A stretch of DNA of 64,000 bases from a virus (taxonomy: Duplodnaviria; Caudoviricetes). Both the position numbers and the translations under genes were made by a program. Where the stretch lies: positions 1 through 64,000 of IMG/VR virus record IMGVR_UViG_2895548450_000001, one strand, 5' to 3'. Positions within the stretch are counted from its first letter, which is position 1. The number at the start of each line of letters is the position of its first letter. The notes beneath the pieces were generated by a model. The model was given only the letters and a program-made list of their open reading frames with translations. It ran no database searches and was not told the DNA's origin. This document shows, in pieces, positions 39,605 through 48,683 of the stretch.

Positions 39605-39913
39605 ATGGAATTTAAAAATGTACGTATTCAATTTGGCTGGAATAAGCCGGTTGTTGTCCTCCAATATGGCACCCTGCAATACGAGATTGGCACGCTAGAA
39701 TTGAAGGGCGTAACACTCATGCAGCTAGGCAGTTTGAACCCAGAACACGTAGCAAAGCATCACCAAATGTTGTTAGTTTGCGAAATGAGCACAACAATAA
39801 GACTGGCAAAAACCGATGTTCCCGAGCCAGTTAATACGTGTTCCCGTAAACTTTTTGATGAAACCGCTCTGGAACAGCCAAAAGTAGCACTCAACACCAA
39901 TTTAAGCGCCTAG
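39605..39913 (+). CDS. Hypothetical protein
   Basis: GGAAATTGACGATG start. Confidence 0.65.
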   Translation: MEFKNVRIQFGWNKPVVVLQYGTLQYEIGTLELKGVTLMQLGSLNPEHVAKHHQMLLVCEMSTTIRLAKTDVPEPVNTCSRKLFDETALEQPKVALNTNLSA

Positions 39914-40369
39914 ATTCAAGCACTTAGATTTTGTGTTCCCATAAACTTTCTTGGCCTTTTTTCGCAAATCGTGAAACGGTAGAATGCGGGTTGTAGCTGT
40001 GCAAATTTTGTACAGTTACGCGTAACCGGCACTGCTGCGAAATATCCACGCAATGGCGTGGTTTACAAGGGCTGAAGACGCAGTGGCAAAAATGTTCCCA
40101 CAAACTTTCGTTATTATATGTACATTTATATACTCAACTGAGAACATTTTTTAAGAAGTATACTTTTAAAAACTTTGCTTTCGTTTTAATTCGTACCTAA
40201 GGTTTATTTACACACAATGTTCTCGTTCCTCCTTGTGACTTGCTGCTAGTCGCAGTGATCGGGCAAACGACCTTTGAGTGACGCGCTGTAACCTTTGCGC
40301 GTTTGGGATTTTGGCTTGGCCCTCTCGTCTCACTGTCGCAACGAGCAACAACCCCTAAAAAACGTGAGC

Positions 40370-40440
40370 CACACCCAAATTGTGTTTTTTGGCCTTAACA
40401 GGCCATTGCAATTGACTCGGGCATTTTGCCCTTGTATAAC
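40370..40440 (+). promoter_or_regulatory. Sigma70-like promoter with upstream CACA-N7-TGTG site
   Basis: TTGACT-17-TATAAC (40412-40440); palindrome at 40370-40384. Confidence 0.6.
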
Positions 40441-40501
40441 TGAAATCCGCCCTTCGGGGTGTTACGGCGTGAGCCGATTAATTAACTAGGAAATTGACGA
40501 T

Positions 40502-40888
40502 ATGACTAAATCCATTCCCCAACCTGTAAACCAGACTGCGCCCTCCCCTCACGAACTCATGCGCCAAACCCAGCGCGAGATTGCTGAAGCTGTCATGAAC
40601 ATGAAAGCCAAGCAAATCGAATGTCTCATTGGCCTGTACAGAAAATCGGATGCCTTGGAAGGTACCGACGACCTAGGCGAAATGTATCGTCGTACTCAAA
40701 TGCTCAGTCAAGAACTCGACCTGGACTTTTCCGTCGTCCAAAAACTCGTCGATTTTGGCTTCAATTGTGGTGTTGAATGCGCGGCCTCTATCGCATCCTC
40801 AGCGGGTGCAATGGAAAAGGTGCTAGGTAAGGACGAATCTTGCGAGAAGTCTCCGTGTAGTGACGCTGCGGCGCGAGAATCGGCATAG
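40502..40888 (+). CDS. Hypothetical protein
   Basis: Motif-linked ATG. Confidence 0.7.
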   Translation: MTKSIPQPVNQTAPSPHELMRQTQREIAEAVMNMKAKQIECLIGLYRKSDALEGTDDLGEMYRRTQMLSQELDLDFSVVQKLVDFGFNCGVECAASIASSAGAMEKVLGKDESCEKSPCSDAAARESA

Positions 40889-40919
40889 TAAACACCAACA
40901 ATTAGTGAGATTGACGATT

Positions 40920-41225
40920 ATGAGTGTAAAAGTGACTAAAAGTTCGAATCTAAATTCGATGCTTATGAAACATTGTGTGCGGGTTATTTCTCTTTTGGAT
41001 GAATTGAAAAAGTTGTGTGATTTACAAGGCACGGTTCATCTTGACGGCGATTATCCGTTGGCTATTACGGGGACGGATAGAACGTGTGTTGGCCCTTTCA
41101 ATGTAAGTGGTGGATGGTTTCAGACAATTATCGCCCGTCGTAAAGCCGAAATTATCGATGAGCTCTTCGATATGGGGCATGATCTTACTTCCTTCGAAGA
41201 GCCTGAGGAAGCGGACGATGAGTAA
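40920..41225 (+). CDS. Hypothetical protein
   Basis: Motif-linked ATG at 40920. Confidence 0.65.
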   Translation: MSVKVTKSSNLNSMLMKHCVRVISLLDELKKLCDLQGTVHLDGDYPLAITGTDRTCVGPFNVSGGWFQTIIARRKAEIIDELFDMGHDLTSFEEPEEADDE

Positions 41226-41712
41226 AAACCTCCCTATTTTTCGCCGGATGATTGCCGTTGCACACACGGCTCGAAACTGTGGTCGTTTGGCTATGACGCT
41301 TGAAGGTGAAGATGAGGGCTCTCGGGCCTCAATTGATAACCTCAAGCCGATAACCAAAGACACGCCGCACACGACAATCGAGGGTTACTGTGTCCGTGAC
41401 GAGAAGATTCGGTCCTTGATGGGCTGGAAGTATACGCACTGGATGTTAATTGAATCGGCGTTTATCTGTGCCTTGGTGGAAGAAGTGAGTATCGCGTTGG
41501 AGGATTTTGAAGCGGGGTCGTTGCTGATTGACTCGCTCTTGGGTGTGAATATCCACATTCGCCGGTATTCGGCCGAAGGTATAGGGATTGACCGCGATAA
41601 AATCAAAAGCTTTGCGTGGTTGTATCTGGGCAGTGAATACCTTGATGATTTTATCAGCTATGCCGATTACCTTCTGGCCATGCTTGAGGTGAGAGCCCAA
41701 GACGCTGCGTAA
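41218..41712 (+). CDS. Hypothetical protein
   Basis: ATG overlapping the upstream stop region. Confidence 0.65.
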   Translation: MSKNLPIFRRMIAVAHTARNCGRLAMTLEGEDEGSRASIDNLKPITKDTPHTTIEGYCVRDEKIRSLMGWKYTHWMLIESAFICALVEEVSIALEDFEAGSLLIDSLLGVNIHIRRYSAEGIGIDRDKIKSFAWLYLGSEYLDDFISYADYLLAMLEVRAQDAA

Positions 41713-41780
41713 GATGCGAAGGGGGAGAATGTTCCCCCCCTGATTTGGTAATTAACTTTTAAAAATTGGAAATTGACGTT

Positions 41781-42269
41781 ATGACTAGACTAACTGATTG
41801 TGGTCCTTACACCCCTACTGAGAAACGCGCTATCACTCGAGCGCTAAACATCATTCGTGAGAAACAGCCTAACTTCTATGGGCGCTCAAAGATAACCAAC
41901 GTTGACGCATGTAAAACCTACTGTGCACTACAACTGGCCGATGGTTCTCGCGAACGTTTTCTTTGTCTGTTCCTAGATTCCCAGCATGGTTTGATTGCCG
42001 GTGAAATTCTGTTTGAAGGCACGATAAACTCGGCCTCGGTTTTCCCTCGTGAAATTATTCGTCGTGTTTTAGAGCTGAATGCTGCGGAGGTAATAATCGC
42101 ACATAACCATCCTTCGGGCCATCCTGAGCCAAGCACAGCGGATATTCGTTTGACACAAGAAATTAAACAGGCGTTGTCGGCTATCGATGTGCCGTTACTA
42201 GACCATATCATCGTAGGCAACGGCCAAGGATGCCCAACCATTTCTCTTTCACAACGAGGTGACTTATGA
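41781..42269 (+). CDS. RadC-like JAB-domain protein (UPF0758)
   Basis: RERFLCLFLD, GTINSASVFPREI, AHNHPSGHPEPSTAD and LLDHIIVG signatures. Confidence 0.93.
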   Translation: MTRLTDCGPYTPTEKRAITRALNIIREKQPNFYGRSKITNVDACKTYCALQLADGSRERFLCLFLDSQHGLIAGEILFEGTINSASVFPREIIRRVLELNAAEVIIAHNHPSGHPEPSTADIRLTQEIKQALSAIDVPLLDHIIVGNGQGCPTISLSQRGDL

Positions 42270-42763
42270 GTACCGGTAATTTTCCACTGTTAGAACTGTT
42301 AATCGAGACCATGGAACAAGTGGTTGCGTCTAACCTAGATTTTCGGATGGATGATTTCTATTTGGATAGGGATACCGCAGACCAAGCTACAGATATTCAC
42401 ACTTGTGGTACGGCAGCGTGTGTTGCTGGGTATGGTGCGGTTAACCCTAAAATTCAGAAATTCTTGGAAGTAGATATGCCCTACTTCCGAGCGGCAGAAA
42501 CGGCTGAGGATATTGCGGACTATTTGTTAGAAGAAATCGGCTATTTAGGCTACTCCGTTTTTGCAAGTAAAGCTTACGAAAGATATCAACATGCCGCTGA
42601 TTATCTACCAGAAACCGACCTTGAGTTTGAGCACTTGCACAAAGATGAGCCCGAGGCCAAGGAAACCCTGAAGTACATGAAGCATGTGCTGGCCTTCAAA
42701 GAGCGTGAGCTTAAGCGCTGGGAGCGTGAGGAAGCGGAAGAGGAAGCGGAAGATGAAAAATGA
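42266..42763 (+). CDS. Hypothetical protein (HTCGTAACVAG family)
   Basis: Paralogous to the N-terminal half of 43980-44876. Confidence 0.75.
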   Translation: MSTGNFPLLELLIETMEQVVASNLDFRMDDFYLDRDTADQATDIHTCGTAACVAGYGAVNPKIQKFLEVDMPYFRAAETAEDIADYLLEEIGYLGYSVFASKAYERYQHAADYLPETDLEFEHLHKDEPEAKETLKYMKHVLAFKERELKRWEREEAEEEAEDEK

Positions 42764-43085
42764 GCATGGAATTGAAATTGAACTAGGTACCGTGAGCCGC
42801 GCTACGCACCGGACTCAGGATTTAATCCCGACGTTTCTGGATGTTGTCCGTCAGTATGCCGACGCGGAGTATACCCAGATAATGGCCGCACCTTTCAGCT
42901 TTGTTCCAGCATGGGTAACCGATGAAGGTGACGACTGCGATTGGTGGGACAGTGAAGAGGCCGGTTACAAGCTTGAAGAACTGTTCGATATTTTAGATAA
43001 CCAAGCCCCCGAAGGATATTATTTTGGGGCTCACGAGGGTGATGGTTCTGATTTTGGCTATTGGCCTCTCCCTGATGAGAACTAA
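42753..43085 (+). CDS. Hypothetical acidic protein
   Basis: Coupled start; APEGYYFGAHEGDGSDFGYW. Confidence 0.7.
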   Translation: MKNEHGIEIELGTVSRATHRTQDLIPTFLDVVRQYADAEYTQIMAAPFSFVPAWVTDEGDDCDWWDSEEAGYKLEELFDILDNQAPEGYYFGAHEGDGSDFGYWPLPDEN

Positions 43086-43132
43086 ACGATAACGAGGGTG
43101 GGAACATTCCCCCCCTCTTTTGGAGATTGACG

Positions 43133-43288
43133 ATGCGCCAAGTGTGCAAAAAGTGTGGTGGCACCATGCTAGGAGACGGGTATAAAACGGTTGAGCACTG
43201 CGAGTTTTCTACCGACCCAGAAATTGACTTTATGGCCCCTGATGAAGGGCCAGTTTATTGTGACTTTAAGGAAATTGACGATGAGTGA
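43133..43288 (+). CDS. 51-aa Cys-containing protein (possible zinc ribbon), not in the ORF track
   Basis: GGAGATTGACGATG start; MRQVCKKCGG...HC...YCDFKEIDDE. Confidence 0.7.
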   Translation: MRQVCKKCGGTMLGDGYKTVEHCEFSTDPEIDFMAPDEGPVYCDFKEIDDE

Positions 43289-43769
43289 TTTAAAAGAATT
43301 CAAAATTGTTCTCGAAGAGAGCGATACGGGCCGACAGCTAGTTTTACCTAACGTCATGGCCAGCGATTATGACGTTGCTGAAGCGTATGGTAACCATGTT
43401 GCGGCGGACCTACCGGTTTCTGACATTGACCGACAACAAGGCTTTGGCATGAGTGAAACGTCGTGGTCTTGTTACCCTGAAGAAGTGAAGCCCGAACCTG
43501 AAAAAATGCGTCGTATGGAGTGGAACACGGGTCGTCACTATGGTCCAGAGGGTCAGATTATTCGAGCAGTTGAATATAAAAACGTTGTAGATGAAACCCT
43601 CACGCTGTCGGGCGTCTTGTTGCAGGATATGACTCGAAAGCTTTGCTATCAGATTGAGGACTGTGCTTTCACCCAAACCGCGATCTTACATCGTTACGAC
43701 TTTGGTGGGCATCGTAACTATTCCACAGCCGAGTTCGAAAAAGCCTGGGCGGAGGCCGTAGACGTATGA
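43281..43769 (+). CDS. Hypothetical protein
   Basis: Motif-linked ATG at 43281. Confidence 0.7.
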   Translation: MSDLKEFKIVLEESDTGRQLVLPNVMASDYDVAEAYGNHVAADLPVSDIDRQQGFGMSETSWSCYPEEVKPEPEKMRRMEWNTGRHYGPEGQIIRAVEYKNVVDETLTLSGVLLQDMTRKLCYQIEDCAFTQTAILHRYDFGGHRNYSTAEFEKAWAEAVDV

Positions 43770-43987
43770 GTGAAGACACCCCGAAGATAAAGCGTCCCAG
43801 AAACAAGACGCTTATTGAAGTTATCACTTACCTTGAGTCGATAAACCTAAATGTTTACGGCCCTGCGCTTTGTTTAGAAACGGGTAAAAAGTCCTTTGGT
43901 TTTATGGACTATTCCCCCGAGAACGTACTTAAGTACCGCAAGTTACTGGAAGCGAGAAAAATTGCTGAGGAAATTGACGATGAATAA
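43766..43987 (+). CDS. Hypothetical protein
   Basis: GGAGG RBS, ATGA overlap. Confidence 0.65.
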   Translation: MSEDTPKIKRPRNKTLIEVITYLESINLNVYGPALCLETGKKSFGFMDYSPENVLKYRKLLEARKIAEEIDDE

Positions 43988-44876
43988 CCAACCACCAAAA
44001 GTAAACCCGCGTTTTCCCCTACTCCGCATGTTAATTGCGACGATGGAGGAAGTCGTTAAGGCTGAGTTGCCTTTGAAAATGACTGTCTACTTTGATAGTC
44101 CTGCGGTGGCTAAGGACGCGAAAGATATTCACACCTGTGGAACTCCGGCTTGTGTCGCTGGCTATGGTGCGGTCACGCCAGAAATTCAGAAATTAGTGGG
44201 TGTAGATACCGAGGATTTTCGAAGCCAAATCGCAGCGGAGCAAGTTTTTTGGGCCTTACACCATGAAATAGGCAATCTTGCGGAGTCAATCGTCGCAGGG
44301 TCACTTTATCTAAGACGCTCGGCAGCAGAAACCTATCTCCCCCCTGAGTCCAAACGTTTCCAGCATCTATTAGTGGAGGAACCTACCGCGCTGGACGCGT
44401 TGGAGTTTATGAAGCATGTGCTGGACCTGTTGTTAAATGGCCGTGTTGGAGTGAATGAAAGAAGACAGCCACACCCTCACAGATACACCTCAGAAGAGAT
44501 TTTGGCGGATAAGGATATTGCGTTCTACAACATCCCCGAAAGAGTCAGTTCCGGTATGCCTATTCACTACATAATAGCGGATGAGGAATGGGGCTGGATG
44601 AACTTCGTTGAAGGTAAGTACAGCATTCACGACTACATCATGAAAAACCTTGAGTGGGTTGACCCTGATGATCCTGAAGCGGAAAACCAAGTGCCGGTTC
44701 TCACTATCACTTGTGCCGATGAATTGAGTCGAGCGCTCGATGCCGATTGTGGAGGGGCGGGTAAAGCCGCGTGCTTGGCGGACGATACCGCGCTACAGGC
44801 TATTTTCTTCTCGCTGTATCAAGAAGACTGGAACGAACGTTTGGAGGACTTTGACGATGCCAAAGAAGAAGAATAA
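43980..44876 (+). CDS. Two-domain hypothetical protein (HTCGTPACVAG domain plus acidic domain)
   Basis: Motif-linked ATG; N-half paralogous to 42266-42763. Confidence 0.75.
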   Translation: MNNQPPKVNPRFPLLRMLIATMEEVVKAELPLKMTVYFDSPAVAKDAKDIHTCGTPACVAGYGAVTPEIQKLVGVDTEDFRSQIAAEQVFWALHHEIGNLAESIVAGSLYLRRSAAETYLPPESKRFQHLLVEEPTALDALEFMKHVLDLLLNGRVGVNERRQPHPHRYTSEEILADKDIAFYNIPERVSSGMPIHYIIADEEWGWMNFVEGKYSIHDYIMKNLEWVDPDDPEAENQVPVLTITCADELSRALDADCGGAGKAACLADDTALQAIFFSLYQEDWNERLEDFDDAKEEE

Positions 44877-45117
44877 AAACGTCCACATGATTGTGTGCCG
44901 TAGGCCGAATTCGGAGGAATTTAGTTTCTGGCCTCCGAAGATATTTCATGGTCGCGTTGAAGCTATTGCTGAGTTCGACAGCACGTTTATTAAGTGTGAT
45001 TCCTTTGAGGAAACGGGGAGAAAAGAATACTGCGACCAAACAGGCCAGTTATTGTTTTTTGTAACGTCGGCGGGTTTCCGCTGGCAATTGTATTTAGACC
45101 TAGAACCTAACGATTAA
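44857..45117 (+). CDS. Hypothetical protein
   Basis: GGAGGACTTTGACGATG start. Confidence 0.6.
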   Translation: MPKKKNKNVHMIVCRRPNSEEFSFWPPKIFHGRVEAIAEFDSTFIKCDSFEETGRKEYCDQTGQLLFFVTSAGFRWQLYLDLEPND

Positions 45118-45140
45118 AATTGACGATAAGGAGAAAAGCC

Positions 45141-45368
45141 GTGAGTAAGATTGGATTAATGACCGCTATTGTGGCGGGTATGGGGGCCTCGGTCTCTGGG
45201 GCGTGGGGTGAGAAAGTAAAAGCTTCACACCTCGAGTCTATCAACCTAGCTAAGAAGTACGCGCCGAAGGTCGACCACTTGGGACGAAAGAAGCCTAAAG
45301 GTAGCGCTGCGGTCCAGCGTCGTGAAGCGAAAAAGCGAAAAGCGCTTCGAGCGCGTTCGAAGAAATAG
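45141..45368 (+). CDS. Small basic protein with hydrophobic N-terminus
   Basis: AAGGAG RBS, GTG start; K/R-rich tail. Confidence 0.6.
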   Translation: MSKIGLMTAIVAGMGASVSGAWGEKVKASHLESINLAKKYAPKVDHLGRKKPKGSAAVQRREAKKRKALRARSKK

Positions 45369-45377
45369 GGGTTTTTG

Positions 45378-45563
45378 ATGCAATCCAAGCTATTTAAAAA
45401 CCTCACCCCTGCAAAGGCTGACACGAACTGTTCAAAGTGTCAGTCAGTGATAAGTGACTCAAGACGCCGTGCGATAGAAATGGAACTTGAGTTGATGGGT
45501 TCGAGCAAGAATATCTGCTCGGAGTGTTATGGCCGTGAAGCAGTAATACTTAGCGTGGTTTAG
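45378..45563 (+). CDS. Small CxxC...CxxC protein (DksA/TraR-like Zn finger possible)
   Basis: CSKCQSVISDSRRRA...ICSEC resembles the C4 finger spacing. Confidence 0.5.
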   Translation: MQSKLFKNLTPAKADTNCSKCQSVISDSRRRAIEMELELMGSSKNICSECYGREAVILSVV

Positions 45564-45610
45564 GGGGGAATGTTCTCCCCCCTTTGGAATTAACTTTTTG
45601 GAGATTGACG

Positions 45611-45796
45611 ATGAAAGACGATTTAAAAGATATTGTTCTTAAAAATCTTCTTAAAAAGATTGAGGCTATAAAAATTGAACCTGAAAGATTCGTTGGATAT
45701 CGAGGGGTCAATGAGTGTTATGAACCATCTACCGCGGATGGGGAGAAAGTCAAAGAAGTAAAAAAGCTGGCTAAAAAACTACGCAAGTTAGTTTAG
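45611..45796 (+). CDS. Hypothetical protein
   Basis: Motif-linked ATG. Confidence 0.6.
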   Translation: MKDDLKDIVLKNLLKKIEAIKIEPERFVGYRGVNECYEPSTADGEKVKEVKKLAKKLRKLV

Positions 45797-45826
45797 AAAA
45801 TTAACTCTTAAATTTGGAAATTGACG

Positions 45827-46726
45827 ATGCAAATAAACGTAAACAGTTACTTTAGTGGTGCTGGCCTGATGGATGTTGGGCTGATAAACGCGGGTTTAAC
45901 GATAAACCAAGCGTTTGAAATTGATAAAGACGCGGTTAAGACGTACCGCGAGAATATTGGTTCCCACGTTCAACAGTGCGACTTGACCGAAGAACTGGTG
46001 TTAAATCAAGAAGAGTGTGACGCTATGATCTTCACCTACCCTTGCACCAAGTATTCAACGATTGGTGATATCCACGGGGTTAGAACGGGTGACGAGTTGT
46101 TCCTTCATGCTTTACGCCACTTGGCCATTCGCAAGCCCGATGCTTATGTTGTGGAAAATGTGCCAGGAATGAGAGCGTTCCCGCTGGTAATGGAAGCTAT
46201 GACAAAATTACCAGATTACTACGTTCACGTTTTCTGTCCGGTCCAGTCGCAGCATTGGCTACCCCAGCGTAGAGACCGTTTGATTATTTTTGGTACCCGC
46301 CGACCTTTTGAAGTTCGCCCACCGAAGAACTGTCGTCCGGTCACGCTGGCTGAGATTGTCGAGCACGACCCTGACGTAACGTTACCCAGTGCTATCAAAG
46401 CGCGAATGACGGGTAAGTATCGCGACCTACCAATAATCAGCGACCCGAGCAAAGGTGACTTAGCACCAACCTGTGTTGCTCACTATGCGAAGGACAAATC
46501 AACACGATTACTGGCGGACAAGCGATTCCCCATGGGTGTTCGTCCTTACTCAGTGCGTGAATATGCACGGCTTCAAGGGGTACCAGATTGGTTTACGTTC
46601 CCTGTCTCGGCAACAGCCGCATACCGCCAGATTGGTAATGGTGTATCGGTACCGAAAGGTGAATGGGTAGGCGGCGAGTTGTACCGCTATTTTCAACAAA
46701 GTAAAAAATTAGACAAGGTGGCTTAA
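45827..46726 (+). CDS. C5-cytosine DNA methyltransferase
   Basis: FSGAG motif I, PC catalytic motif (YPCT), ENV, QRRDR, REYARLQG, YRQIGNGV. Confidence 0.95.
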   Translation: MQINVNSYFSGAGLMDVGLINAGLTINQAFEIDKDAVKTYRENIGSHVQQCDLTEELVLNQEECDAMIFTYPCTKYSTIGDIHGVRTGDELFLHALRHLAIRKPDAYVVENVPGMRAFPLVMEAMTKLPDYYVHVFCPVQSQHWLPQRRDRLIIFGTRRPFEVRPPKNCRPVTLAEIVEHDPDVTLPSAIKARMTGKYRDLPIISDPSKGDLAPTCVAHYAKDKSTRLLADKRFPMGVRPYSVREYARLQGVPDWFTFPVSATAAYRQIGNGVSVPKGEWVGGELYRYFQQSKKLDKVA

Positions 46727-47062
46727 ATGAAAGTTGAAGAACTCTTAGACATTGTGGCGAGTCAGGAATGTTTATTTGGAAGTAGTACAAGACTAACTTT
46801 GTTAAGAGAAAAAGCCCTCGTTTCTAAAGTTGAACTTTATGCTGCGGGATGCCGATTAGGGGTTTTTAGGGGTTATGGCTTGGAATCTCGGATAAATCTT
46901 CAAACCTTGAGAGCCCGACTAAATAGTTGCAACCCTCAGACAATAATAACCTCAACACATAAGTCGTTCCCAAGATTCAAAATCGGTTTCTTAGACTACG
47001 AAGAGGGTTGGGTTGAAACTGTGACGTCTGAAGAACTGGGGCTAAGTGAGGACCCGAAATGA
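46727..47062 (+). CDS. Hypothetical protein
   Basis: ORF abutting the MTase stop. Confidence 0.55.
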   Translation: MKVEELLDIVASQECLFGSSTRLTLLREKALVSKVELYAAGCRLGVFRGYGLESRINLQTLRARLNSCNPQTIITSTHKSFPRFKIGFLDYEEGWVETVTSEELGLSEDPK

Positions 47063-47301
47063 AATACGAACTGGTATATCACGATAGGTTTACTCACGAA
47101 CGTCGGACGCAAAATTTCTTTGCCCCGAACCCAGATAAGGCAAAAGAGCACGCTGACCGTATGTGTGAGCGACGTAATGTGTCTTACTGTTTAGTAGATG
47201 CAAATGGTAGAACGTGGGAGCGAGATTATAGTCGAGATACTATGAAGCTCTACGATTGGTTTGAAGTAACAACACAAAGCCCGATACGGGTTGCAAGCTA
47301 A
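47059..47301 (+). CDS. Hypothetical protein
   Basis: GAGG RBS; ATGA-type overlap. Confidence 0.6.
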   Translation: MKYELVYHDRFTHERRTQNFFAPNPDKAKEHADRMCERRNVSYCLVDANGRTWERDYSRDTMKLYDWFEVTTQSPIRVAS

Positions 47302-47309
47302 GGAAATTG

Positions 47310-47591
47310 ATGATGTGTAACTGTTTTGAAGAAACAATGGAAAAAGTAACCGAGCATGTTAAAGAGCAATTGCCGGACAACGTGGAAGAATTTAAAGCCG
47401 AATGGCAGGGCCGAGCTTATATGCTTGCGGAAGGTCAGTATGCTCCAACCAGCCCTAAAATTGAATACGAGTATCGGCCTATGAAGCGAGACGGTACCCC
47501 GCAAAAGAATCTTAAGAAAGATTCAATAACGATACTAGCAAGCCATTGCTGCTATTGTGGTGAGAAGTTCGAACGACCTCAAACGTCGTAA
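47310..47591 (+). CDS. Small Cys-containing protein
   Basis: GGAAATTGATGATG start; MCNC...HCCYCG. Confidence 0.7.
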   Translation: MMCNCFEETMEKVTEHVKEQLPDNVEEFKAEWQGRAYMLAEGQYAPTSPKIEYEYRPMKRDGTPQKNLKKDSITILASHCCYCGEKFERPQTS

Positions 47592-47649
47592 CTCTCGGGG
47601 GAGAATATTCCCCCCTCTTAATTAACTTTTAAATTGGAAATTGACAATT

Positions 47650-48453
47650 ATGACTGATGTTAAACGTATCAATAAACAGGCTACGGCCACGATGCTATTT
47701 GTAATTGCTGACGCGATCACACAACCACGCTTCGTAAAGTTCTTAGAAGATAACACCTCGCGCTTTGGCTCAGATGGTACCGGTACCGTTGAAGAGCTTC
47801 ACGACAAACTACGCCACAATTTTGATTTTCAACTCAAGCAAGCCGTGAGTGTGTTTTCAGAACACTATTCAGTTTTAAGCTGGGAAGAAAAGCTGCAAAT
47901 GATAAGCGAAAAGCTTATCGACTTAGGCAACCGAACGTCTCTTAAGTGGCGCGTAAAGCTACACCAAAGCAGCAAGAAATTTATTGTCCCTCGAGGGGTG
48001 AGTGTATCGAAAGCCCTAACGGACTTAATGTTAAGTGCTCAACCTCACCGAATTATTTTAGCCCAGTCTAGAACCCCTACTCACCCAGACCACGACTGGC
48101 GTTGGGGTGGTGATATTGCCAAGGTCGATATTTTTCTAGCCTCGCTATATAGTTTCGTTATTGCCAAAGACACGCTGGCCTACGACACAGGCATGGTGTT
48201 CTTTGAAGACGTATTAACCGAGTTTGGCAATAAAATCGAATGGTTCGTGAAGGGCTACCCCCACGACTTATTGGTTGTTGACCGCATGATAAACGCGGGG
48301 GCACAGCGTAAAGACTATCAAGGTATAGGATTACGCACGGAGTTCTGTTCTACGTGGTCTATCACTTCCGAAACTAAAAATATCTTGGTTAGTAACGGGT
48401 ATCGAGAACTACGCCATAAAACGTATGGCCGAACTAAACAGGTGGCCGCATGA
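47650..48453 (+). CDS. Hypothetical protein
   Basis: Long ORF after a palindrome and a motif variant. Confidence 0.75.
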   Translation: MTDVKRINKQATATMLFVIADAITQPRFVKFLEDNTSRFGSDGTGTVEELHDKLRHNFDFQLKQAVSVFSEHYSVLSWEEKLQMISEKLIDLGNRTSLKWRVKLHQSSKKFIVPRGVSVSKALTDLMLSAQPHRIILAQSRTPTHPDHDWRWGGDIAKVDIFLASLYSFVIAKDTLAYDTGMVFFEDVLTEFGNKIEWFVKGYPHDLLVVDRMINAGAQRKDYQGIGLRTEFCSTWSITSETKNILVSNGYRELRHKTYGRTKQVAA

Positions 48454-48680
48454 AGAACAACTGTGAAAACCCAGAGTATGACAATTCTCTAGGTGAAGCT
48501 ATTTGCGCGGAATCCCCGACCTTCAACCAAATTGTGGGCGAAGCTTTAAACGACGACTTTTTTGATGAGTCTTTTGTGGATGTTGAGTTTTGGCTTTCTT
48601 CACTCACTCACAAAGGCAAGCGTGTTCAAGTGCAATTGAAAGTAACCGCTGACCCTGAAGACTTTATAGACGAGAACTAA
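48450..48680 (+). CDS. Hypothetical acidic protein
   Basis: ATGA overlap. Confidence 0.6.
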   Translation: MKNNCENPEYDNSLGEAICAESPTFNQIVGEALNDDFFDESFVDVEFWLSSLTHKGKRVQVQLKVTADPEDFIDEN

Positions 48681-48683
48681 ATT

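Noticed and set aside
47620-47646. Resemblance of AACTTTTAAATTG / AATTGACG to 16S rRNA sequences
   Set aside because: Recalled from memory, short, identical rather than complementary; the phage's own antisense locus explains the variants better.
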